Source: Bispira polyomma
Taxonomy: Eukaryota
Assembly: GCA_965649765.1 (NCBI GenBank)
Contig: OZ287759.1
Span: 1,488,001 to 1,552,000 of the forward strand
Length of the DNA: 64,000 bases
Direction of reading: 5' to 3'
Shown: positions 39,309-50,207 of the stretch, piece after piece
How positions within the stretch are numbered: position 1 is the stretch's first letter
Layout: each line of letters starts with the position of its first letter
Position numbers and translations under genes: made by a program
The notes under the pieces: generated by a model
The model's input: only the letters and a program-made list of their open reading frames with translations
Database searches by the model: none
What the model was told of the DNA's origin: nothing

Positions 39309-40261
39309 CTAAAGTGAGGAGGAAATAGCAGAAACAAAAGTTAGAGGTACTACAGAAGCAGCCTGTGATGTTTTTTGGAGATAAGACCAAATCGAGTAAG
39401 ACCTCCAAAGGCCATGTGCCATGATGTTCTGCAGTGACACATTATGGTTGAATGCAAAAGTTGCACCCGACCTCCTGAATGTATGAAATCCATGAAAACT
39501 GTATTGCAATCCAATTTTAGTAAGCACTTTTTCAAGTACAGCCCTAACATGTAAATATATATTTGTATAGTAGGGGAACCATCTACTTCAAATAGTGGTA
39601 CTGTTGGTGGTAAGGGTCTAAATAAAAGCAGTCTTCTGATTGCTGTGACTGGGCAAATAACCTTATTTTCAGGACTTGGTATTTGGAATATGTGTGTATC
39701 AGTCCTCTTCTGCAAATCTTTGACCCATTTCGGTATTATGTGAGCACTAGGGTGACCAAAAACCACATCCTGTCTTTAAAAATGTCTAGAAGGGTCAAAG
39801 GAAGCTCTAGAGTGAGGTTCTATATTTGATAGTTTAAAAAATCTGAAGAAAAATACCAGAAAGATAGTCCCATAGAGGATAGGGTCCTCTAGAATGTTAC
39901 ATGTGGAAGAAATTTGATAAATTGTGAAAAGACCCTTGGGTTTGGGTCTGAAATTTGAGTTGTGAGATAAGCTCCATAATAACAATGGAACTGCATTGTG
40001 AAAAGTGACAGATCCCATTCATCTGCTAGCATTAAGCCTAATAGCTGCCATGTAATTTTTTATCGCCTTTGGTGAGAGTTAGTTCTGCACCAAGTATTCC
40101 AAAAATGCAATGACTGCATGTACACTAATACTTAAGATTCCAGAGAAGCTCAAAAAAGCTAAAAAAGTTTTAAATTGTCTTAGGGTTAATCTTAGGTCTT
40201 AAAGCTGGGTTAATCCGGGTCCAGGCAGAATCCATGAATTGCAAGGATTTTCCAGAAGCAC
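39309..40261 (-). pseudogene. Tyrosine recombinase of the Ngaro-like element
   Basis: HxxR motif FHTFRRSGAT, HGLWRS, CPVTAI, IPKWVKDLQ; N-terminal VIAFLEYL...LSPKAIKNYMAAIR; frameshifted. Confidence 0.9.
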
Positions 40262-40374
40262 CTACAATCAGATAGACAAATTAAGATTAAAAAATTCCAA
40301 TAGAACTAATTTCCAGATAATTTTTTTTTTATTAGTTCTAGAGTACTACTACAAGGGCCTTTCTCTGAATAGAT

Positions 40375-41800
40375 ACTAGATAAGGCATCTGCAATGTTGT
40401 TATTTTTAACCGGGAATATGCTTAATACTTAATGTTATGTCATAAGTATCTGTGATGAGCCAAATATTTCTCAAACATAATGCCAAAAAAAAGTTTTCTG
40501 GGATTCGACTGCCAGAACCACAGTCATGTTGTCACAATTGATCCTCAGTTTTTTATGTCTCCATTTTTCCGCCCAAAATTTCAACACAATAATATTATTT
40601 AGCATTTCCAAATGGACTGTGGTTAATTCCCCATTGAAAATGTCATGTATATACTTTGTTATTCCATACCCCCACCAAAGCCTATAAGGCACACGTCTAG
40701 GTGTAACTCATCACTGAATAGAATCACGTCATGTAAGATGTATGTAATGCTGTCAAATTAGTGCAGAAAACGTATAAACCACTGCAGATCGTTCTTAATT
40801 TTGACAGTTACCTTGAATCGATTGGCTGCATGATTCGCCCGTAATTCAGCCAGTAGCCTGTTTATAAAAATTTGAGCCAGAACTACACATTTTTGAATGT
40901 ATAGTAATTTGCCCAGTAGCAACTGGAATTGATTTTTTGATATATATTGTTTATCTTGTGTTTCTATACATGAATTGTGAACTTCTGTCATTTTCTCTGG
41001 TTGTATTGACCTTTTTCTATGTTAAAAAAGGAAATTCCTAGGCATGTAAGTTTGGTTGTGGGAGGCCTCAATTTGTCCGCGTACATAGGCTGATCTAGGT
41101 CTATCATTAAAAACTTCGAAACCCCTATGCTCTTCATCCGTTAGTGTGACGCATATATAGTCATCTATGTAATCAAATGTTTGGAAGCCTTGTTTAGTCA
41201 TGTGTGACGTTATTGCATCCGTGTAATGCTGAAACGCAGCACTGCTATGCACCCACCCGAATACAATAGCTGGATTAATGTAGTAGGTGTCTGCCCAAAA
41301 TATGCCTTTCTCCGTGTCTCTCACTGCTTGTGTAATGTTATCAATTGTTGGGTATTTCAAAGGGAAAGCTATGTTATCTAACTTTTCTTTAGTGACGTTG
41401 TCATTGAGGGACAACCCATAAGGGTTGAGACATGTTTAGAATGACATACCGTTTTGTAATATCCTTAGGCCTGGTTAACAGTGGAGAACAGTTATAATGA
41501 AAGTTTTTGCTTTCTTTTACAAGTTTTTCCTTACTTGGGCCTGACATCGCTCCAGGCGACATTTCTTTTTGTAAATATTCAACCACTGCCTGAGGGTGCT
41601 GCAATGCTAAAAAATAATTTTTCACCTTGGCATTTTTTACTATGTCTGGTTGTTTTAGTGACTAGGGGAAACAGTTTTAAATATACTGAATTAACACTTC
41701 ATCGGAATAATTCCTTAATAATTTTTGCCAAGCTTCAATTATCAGACCATAACTTATTGGTATCCTGGCCTGTCAATAGTTAGGAACACCTGTGTTCCTA
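40375..41800 (-). pseudogene. Reverse transcriptase / RNase H of the Ngaro-like element
   Basis: ORFs 41401-41625 (SPLLTRPK), 41022-41414 (YIDD), 40758-40991 (FQLLLGKLLYI), 40471-40692. Confidence 0.9.
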
Positions 41801-43224
41801 ATAATATCTGCGATTTTTAATTTTAAAAATAGAATCAATTTTAGTGGATTGCCTATCTGACCCCTGAAATTGAAAGTTAGTGGATGAAAATGCTATGAAT
41901 CCAATTTCCTTACTGTGGTCAATAAAAAAAAATTAAATATATGTCTTTCAAAAACCAAATGCAATATGGAATTGCGGGAACTAAAAAGTTAGCTTGAAAT
42001 CTGATTGGCTGTTATGTGGATTGACAGAAAGTAAAAATAAGAGAAAAATAATGTGTTGTGGACTGATGTAGCAGTTCCCTAAAGGTGTACCATAAAACAT
42101 AAAAGGCTTTAGCCTCCATAGAAGACTATTAACTTCATCTCCATCCACCCAAAAAGCATCTTTCAGATCTAATAGAGAGCTCCAAGATGCTTACAGTGCT
42201 AGTTATTTTTCCCATTTATGGGAGGCTTAAAAGGCTTTTTAGCTATCTATTGGTCTCGTCATAGTATGATTATGACTTCAAATCTGTCCAAAGAATGCTT
42301 GCTATGGAAACATTTGAATCCACCGGACTAGAACTCACTGTAAAGACATTTTTTTCTCAATGGAACACTACTATAAGTTGAGCTCCGCTTTGTTAAGATT
42401 TAACAACTATGCCAAAAATGTATAAGAGATTAAAAACCACTTAGTTTCACATTGTATTGTTTATATTTAGTTGATTACTGAAATAATACACTATTGATAA
42501 AAAAAATATGTTCAAAATTTGTTTTTGCTTCAACATAATTTGTTTTGTTAAATAGTTTGGTCCTACAGGCACATTGTCAATGTTGAAATTCCAATGATGT
42601 AGAAGAAAATAATTTCAGCTCATAAAGAGAAAAGAAGAACATTTGTTGTATTTTTCCTGCAGCAAAAATCATATAAGAGTAGTTTCTATTTACAACGCAT
42701 CACTTGACTCAGTCAGGAGCCCATCAAACATCCATTGGGGTCAAAAGAAGACTAAATCAAAGCAAAACAAAATGGAAGTTAATCAATGCTATTATCCAGT
42801 CAGTCTGATGTCTTTATTGTTATACTATTGCTGGTTTTACTTATTTTGAAGTAAAGTTAAACCGATACACTGTTTGTATGCTTTTTGTATTCTCATATCA
42901 AGCTAGACCATGTACTTTTTTTAACCTTGCTATTGACATGAACAGTTCTACTGATACACTGCTGTATGTTTTTTGTATTCCCATATTGTAACATGTATAT
43001 ATTCTTGTAACATTGCTATTAATGTAAAGGACCTAGAGAACTAAATAAATATCATGAACAAAAAAAAAAAAAAATAACACAAATAAATTATCCATTAATA
43101 TCAGTAATTGAAAGAGTTTTCAACTCACAAAGAAAAACCAAAACTATCCAAGATGTATATCTTCATTTGTATGTGTACTGATTTTACATATATTTTCAAT
43201 AATTCCTGAAATATGAATAGCTTT

Positions 43225-44320
43225 CCTTACAATGTGTCAGGGGTGTATATAGACTTGAACGTTGGTTTTCATTGCACTGTGTCAGGGGTGTATATAGACT
43301 TGAATGTTAGCTTTTAGTACACTATGTCAGGGGTGTATATAGACTTGAATGTAGTTTTCATTACACTGTGTCAGGGGTGTATATAGACTTGAACGTTGGT
43401 TTTCATTACACTGTGTCAGGGGTGTATATAGACTTCAATGTAGTTTTCATTACACTCTGTCAGGGGTGTATACATACTTGAATGTTAACTTTCATTACAC
43501 TGTGTCAGGGATGTATATAGACTTGAATGCTAGCTTTTATTGCACTATGTCAGGGGTGTATACAGACTTGAATGCTAGCTTTTATTACACTATGTCAGGA
43601 GTGTATACAGCCTCGAATGTTAGCTTTCATTACAATGTGTCAAGGGTGTATATAGACTTGAATGCTAGCTTTCATTACACTGTATCAGGGCTGTATACAT
43701 ACTTGAATGCTAGCTTTCATTACACTGTGTCAGGTGTGTATACAGACTGGAATGCTAGCTTTCATTACACTGTGTGAGGGATGTATATAGACTTGAATGT
43801 TAGCTTTCATCACAATGTGTCAGGGGTCTATACAGACTTGAATGTTAGCTTTCATCACAATGTATCAGGGGTGAATACAGACTTGAATGTTAGCTTTCAT
43901 TACACTATGTCAGGGGTGTATATAGACTTAAATGTTAGCTTTCATTACACTCTGTCAGGGGTGTATATAGACTTGAATGTTAACTTTCATTACATTGTGT
44001 CAGGGGTGTATATAGACTTAAATGTTAGCTTTCATTACACTCTGTCAGGGGTGTATACATACTTGAATGTTAACTTTCATTACATTGTGTCAGGGGTGTA
44101 TATAGACTTGAATGTAGTTTTCATTACACTGTGTCAGGGATGTATATAGACTTGAATGTTAGCTTTCATTACACTCTGTCAGGGGTGTATACAGACTTGA
44201 ATGTTAGCTTTCATTACACTGTGTTAGGGGTGTGTACAGACTTGAATGTTAGCTTTCATTACACTGTGTCAGGGGTGTGTACAGATTTGAACGTTGGTTT
44301 CATTACACAGTGTGAGGGAT
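43225..44320 (+). repeat. 45-bp minisatellite, ~24 copies
   Basis: Unit GTGTCAGGGGTGTATATAGACTTGAATGTTAGCTTTCATTACACT; a few 44-bp units. Confidence 0.97.
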
Positions 44321-47300
44321 ACCAATTTCTGATTTATTGTATTTTGTGGACGATATATACACACTACTGTAAGTTGGGCATTCATCCTAAAATGAGAAAA
44401 ATATAATATGATCATGTTTGGTTCATAATTGCCATGCCGAAAACATCTTTAAATGGACTTTGAATGAACTAATCAAATCAAATCAATTATATATACACAC
44501 CCAGCATATATCAGGGATTGACAGATCTGGAGCAGGATCTACAGTTGTGTGCACCGACAGAGAACTAGAAACAATATTAAATATATCTATTTATATTACT
44601 ACATTCATGAGTTGTTCAGAGTTTGTAAGTAAGCTGCTAGAATAAAAGTCAGATTTTTAATATTGTAAGATACAAAAAAAGTTTGGTTAAAACACATATT
44701 CTATGCCATTTGATAGTCTTAAGCCCTAGTCACAATCAAAAAACTAGAATCAGTTTGGCCGAAAGCAAGTTTTTTTCTGCAGTAACCTATTGGCAATTAA
44801 ACTGGCCTTGATAAATCTGTGCTTGTCTGTGGGTGTGTGAATGCCATGCAACATGATTCAGTAATTGCAAGTAATCGGTATCCTTTGGTGATCATGTAAA
44901 ATTAACAAAAATTTTATTACAAATTCAAGCATCTAGTCACACAAAACAAAGAAACTGTCTAAAACATTGTTTAAAAATGTCGGTTAAAAAATCCCATATC
45001 TTATTCCAAAGGCCTCCAATAACTTACAAATAGCAAGCACGGACACTGGTCACCATAAAATCTAGTTTTAGATGTCACTGCCATTATTTTTTATTGCAGT
45101 CCAATCCATTCAATTCACAACCAAATCCACTATGCTCCTTACGATTTTGGACCAAGCCTATCCTCTGTGTCAGGAAAATGGGATATTAATCTGTAAAATT
45201 GATAGTCCATGGTGTGGAAAAAATCATCTTCATAGGTTCTAATGGTATGAAATAAATTTATATATATATATATATATATATGCATCAAGTTCAAAATGTG
45301 ATGGACACTTTCTGTGCCCGAGCAATCAGTATCAGTTGGTGATCTTGTATAATATACACAATTTCTTTAAAAATTCAAGTAACTAAATTCAAAAACAAAA
45401 GAAAAAAAAAAAAAATGTCAAAAACGTTGTTTTCAAAGTTAGGCTTTAAATCTGCCTTTAGATGTCACTGCCATTATTTTATGCTCGAAGTGATCCATTC
45501 AATTCATAACTGTAAAATTATAGAGAAACTTTCCTCTGCTGGCATTTGATCTTAGGTTAGTGTGAATCTTAAAATTAATAGTCCAGTACACTAACAGTTG
45601 AGCTAATAGGGAAAGCTGTAGCCTGAGTGTTTAATTATCTGATATACATGGTTATTACATGCCTCTTCTTCATGAAGACCTGACCTCAGTAACTACTAAC
45701 TTGCTTCGCTAATGAGAGGGGGATCTTCATCAATCTGAACAACAACTTGGTTCTGCTGTAAACTTATAAATAGGCTTGCCACTGCTGGGATTGGATCCTG
45801 GGTTGTTGCAGAGCTTGAGACTAATGGTCCAGTACACTAACAGTTGAGCTAAAGGGAAACCCCTGTAGCTTGAGTGTTTAATGCTCTGGTATACACGGAT
45901 ATTACACAATCAAATCCATCTTGTGCCTTTAGACTTCCCTCTGTGCAGCTGTGCAGAGAAACAATGGTATGAATCTCTACAACTGATAGTCCATGGCCTG
46001 GAAATAAATTTTCATTTAAAGGGTTTAGACCAAGTCTACGTGACATGACTTGACTAAAGATTAGTTATATTTGTTTTCATACTGCACAAAGATTCAGTAA
46101 GGTAACTGAGTTCTTTGTAAGAACAGATATGTCTTTTGTCTTTTCTTTTGTCCAATAATTTTTGTCATTAATAGATTGATTGTTATCTTGTTTATTTCCA
46201 AAGTGAGTGGTATAAAACTTGATGTAAAATATAAACAGAAAACAAGATTCTAATAGCAAAATTTATTTAATTCATTTGGTGTGTGAGTTTTAACGTGTTA
46301 AATATAAATATAAAAGTATGTATGTAACATTAATTTCCTTAATATACTATATAATAAATTTCACTAATTTACAGTTTATTTAAAAAATTCATTTTCACTT
46401 TTGTGACCTGGTTATGTGTTTTAAACTTCTCGATTGAATAACTGATTCTGCTGTATCGCTTTTAAAGATGTGTCACATCAATAATGGATGTTGAAAAGGC
46501 AAAATACAATACTGACCACTGGTTAGATATAATATTAATACAACTTGATATTTTCATTGACAATTAATTTAAAACTCATTAGGTAAAATTGCTGATAATC
46601 TTTTCTGGTGGAGATGTTCCCTTCTACAGTACTGTACCACTTTAGTTCTGCCCAATATCTAAAGAAAAATAATTCTGTAAAAAAGGACCATCATTTGTCA
46701 ATTTTGTTAATGGTGCCTATTTGTTCTTTAATAACAACATAAAAAGTAACCAGATCAAGCTACAACACACTATATCAGTCATCATATGGATTTTGTAAAA
46801 ATTAATTTAAGAAAAACTAAGCAGTCTTCAAAAAATCTGACAAATCGACAAGGTCTTTAGTTTTAATTGAATCTGACAAAGGCTGTGATTTATTAAATAG
46901 TTTTATCGATGCATGGAAATGTTTAAAGAACCATAAACTACACCATTTCTTATCTTTAGTGGTGCATGAATGTGAAACTATTGTAAATGTCCCTTTTACA
47001 TCAAATTAGTATTTAAGTGTATTTTTTCTAAATATATAGCATTTGCAGAGTCCAGTTAAGTAAAGGTGAATGTGCAAAATGGTGCTGAAAATAGAAATGT
47101 AGTTAAGTTAATTTATTCATTTAAAGATATTTTACTTAATTTCAAGTCGGATCTCTTTAAGTTGGGTCATACTGACTCAATATTAGTGGCCGTCAAGAGT
47201 GTAGAATAGCTCGGTGGCCATATACAGATTAAACTATTTTGTACAAGTTCCCATAATTGGTCCAAAGACTTTTCCTTACATGTTGGCTCCAAATGGTTTC

Positions 47301-48839
47301 TCTATTCAAAACACATGAGTGTTTTGATCTATGAGGTCTTATGGGGACATAAGGGGCAAAACATTCTTACAAATTGGATGTCAGATTACTTGTAATCTAA
47401 CTTTAAGTCAGTGCAAAAAGACTTGCTATAACAAAACAAGACAGATTTATTGTAAATTGTGTGTTTTGAATAGGGAAACAACTGAAGTATGCACTAATGT
47501 TCAGTTGCATAAGAGAAGGGACAAGTTTTTCACACATAGAGCTTTTCTGTTTTCAAACATGTAGATAATATAAATGTATAAATATTTGGTTGCAGAAAAT
47601 AGTAAAAAGTCCACGTATATACAAACCAGGGCCAGTTTCTGCAAAGAAGCTAAATCTCAACCCAAATGCAGAACGATATGTAGAAATTTCATTTATATGA
47701 GAAAAATGGCCTATCCTGGTGACTGTTCATTTTAGTAGAGATTTCGGTGCTAAATTCAAAAATACAATCAAATTCTTTTTCCCCCCAAAATATTAAAGAT
47801 AATACTGACCACTTACATTAGGGCTTCAGTCTGAGTTGAGTTTGAGATTTATTGAAGAATATGACTGTGGCCTAGTGGGTAACACGCTGATATAGAAGGC
47901 AACTCCATAGTGTTGGTGGTTTCAGTTCGGGGTACCAGTCTTTTGTCACGCTTGATTGCGTTTCCCTATATAAATCAATAAAATTTCAAATCTCTTTCTT
48001 TACACCAACCGTCAGCAGAGGAACAACATTGAATTAACCCACCCTCCTCGTCCCTGTTACTTACTCTTGTTTGTAGTTGTAGATATGGAATGTTACTGCT
48101 CAGCAGCAGGGATCCCTGGTTAAGTCCTGTGTGTGCTTTTGTCAGCCGCAGGCTCGTTCTGACCTTGTGTCGGGGCTCGTCTCCTCAGCTTTCCGGGTCG
48201 GGTGCAAGATACGATGCTCTGTTATACCATCTAGGCTCTGTGTATGAGGGCTTTGACGAACGTTAGGCTGCTTGTGACCAGGATGTGAAAGCTGGGGTTG
48301 TGCTCCCCTGAATTTGTGATCTGTGCTGCTCTGCCTGTTTATATATTGGTGAATGTGTTTAACTTAAATTGGTATTCCTCCAACTGTACTATGTAATTAA
48401 GGGGTTGTATTGTTCAACCATGTAGGACTGTTGCTGTGAGCTAGAGATGGGAATGTTTCCGTAGAATGCTTAAAATTTTCAATATGGCCGTCATGCCTCC
48501 TCCTAGGGTTGGTTACCCTTTAAAAGACTGGTGGTGCAGTATTTGTTCACAGAATACTCGGAATACCACCAAACCACTGGAAGATGCTATATGCTGGCTC
48601 ATAATGTGTCAGAATGATGCTGCTGTTGGTGTAGTTTGTAACCTTTTTATCTATATTTAGGATTTTACATTTTAAATGTCATGTAAAAGGAAATACTTTA
48701 CAATTCCTTTATTATATACATATAATGTTACTGTGATTTGGTGTTTGGTTTAGATTTTTCCTCTCACCTAAAACTTTATAAATCTACATGTTTAAAACAT
48801 GAAAAATAAATGTCAATATAATTAAATTATCACACTATA

Positions 48840-49290
48840 TTGGGGCATAAGGTCACCCTCCTGTGGGGAGCACATAATGTACTCCTCCATCTAACTTTCT
48901 AAATCTTTGAATTTTAATTTCACTTAGAATTGCCTAAATTGTCTAAAATTTCAAATTTCATTAAACTTTAATTTATTCACTTAAACTTAAAATTATAGTA
49001 TTCTTGAACTTAAATTCCATTTATGGTCACCTTTTTCTGTTCCTAACTTATGGTCACCCTAACTTAAATTTGAAATCTCACTTAGGGTAACCTCATCTTG
49101 ATAATTCCTTGTTCTATGGTGACCTTAAAATTTGTTGCTTTCTTAAGGTTACCTTATGCCCCTCTTCTTAATGAGAAACTGTACATAGTAGTTTTAACCC
49201 TGTAGTGTACTAATAAAATTGTGAACCGCAATCTTTCTCTGTGTTGATAAATATATGAATAACTAGTTCATACCTGGTTCCTGGGAACTG
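48840..49290 (+). mobile_element. Solo-LTR-like fragment related to 57393-58107
   Basis: Shares TGTACATAGTAG...TGTAGT...AATAAA...ACCGCA...GGGAACTG and GGTCACC/GGTGACC motifs; absent from the paralog at ~56230-56285. Confidence 0.5.
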
Positions 49291-50010
49291 TTTTAGATGA
49301 CTACTTAAAGGTTTGTTTTAATAACCTGAGGGCATTGATAAATGGTCTCATCCTTGGGATAATGGCAGTTAGGGGAATGTGAGATACTGTTTAGACTGAT
49401 AATTAGTCAATCAAGAAATGTTAATTAGCACTTTAAATAGCAGATAAAGCTAATATACATTTGAATAGAGCAACAATACCACCACAGACAACAATACCAC
49501 CACAGACAAGGAACAAGAAAGAAACCCACAAATACTAGGAAAACTGAAAAGTCCTTTCCTTAAGTAATGGTACACATTTTTACATTAAACCATCACTTTT
49601 GCAGATTTGATATATATTTTATATCAACTCTTAAACCTCCTGCATCACATATAGAGACAATAGGATGGCAGGCCTATTTAAGACTGTTAGTACCCCTTTT
49701 TGTACATACCTCTCTCTCTCTAACAAGATCAGTTCTGGCCCTCCACTTCTAAAAAATGCCTCTTTGTCAGGTCTAATTGAGCACTTATGGGATGTGCTTT
49801 TTCCAATAATGGAATTACTTTACCCGATTCAAAAAGGCTAGCAAGCTTTTTGGGTGTGTGGTGGTCTTATAATCCAATATATTACACTTGTAGTAGTGCA
49901 TCTTTACTCTTGTTCAAGAAACATTTTGGGCCTAGTAGTTGGGAAGTTCATCCCTGGTTCGGCGGCTCGAGGTTGGGCAGAGTTGGTGTGGTGATTGAAT
50001 GGTCCTCGGC

Positions 50011-50207
50011 CAGGGGAGTAGCCAGGATTTACCATCTAGCCCTAACCCTAAACAAATTTATTATGTTCTTTTTTGCCCTATCAAAAATTCAATTTGGGGG
50101 GAGGGGGGGGGGGTGCATCAAGATAATATTTTGGTTTCATTGGGGGATACCAATTCATTAAATTGGTACACCTGGGCGTACTGGCGTTAATGGTAGCTAC
50201 CCCCCTG
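50011..50207. mobile_element. MITE inserted inside a SINE head
   Basis: TIR CAGGGGAGTAGC ... GCTACCCCCCTG; flanks TCGGC/TCGGT; removal restores GGTCCTCGGTTCAATACC (B box). Confidence 0.75.

Larger units (their letters stand above)
38438..42076 (-). mobile_element. Ngaro-type DIRS-order (tyrosine recombinase) retrotransposon, decayed, gag deleted
   Basis: RT (YPTIDNI, FGWVHSSAAFQ, YIDD), RNase H (HLEMLN, CDNMTVV, NNIADALS), YR (FHTFRRSGATFAF, HGLWRS); split direct repeats A1/A2 and B1/B2. Confidence 0.92.

Noticed and set aside
43466-44406. ORFs of 91-122 aa with a 15-aa repeat
   Set aside because: Products of the 45-bp minisatellite; frame broken by 44-bp units and a stop; no splice or start context
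48150-48200. Hammerhead ribozyme (minus-strand CTGAGGAG)
   Set aside because: No stem II closed by GAAA and no pairing stems I/III found
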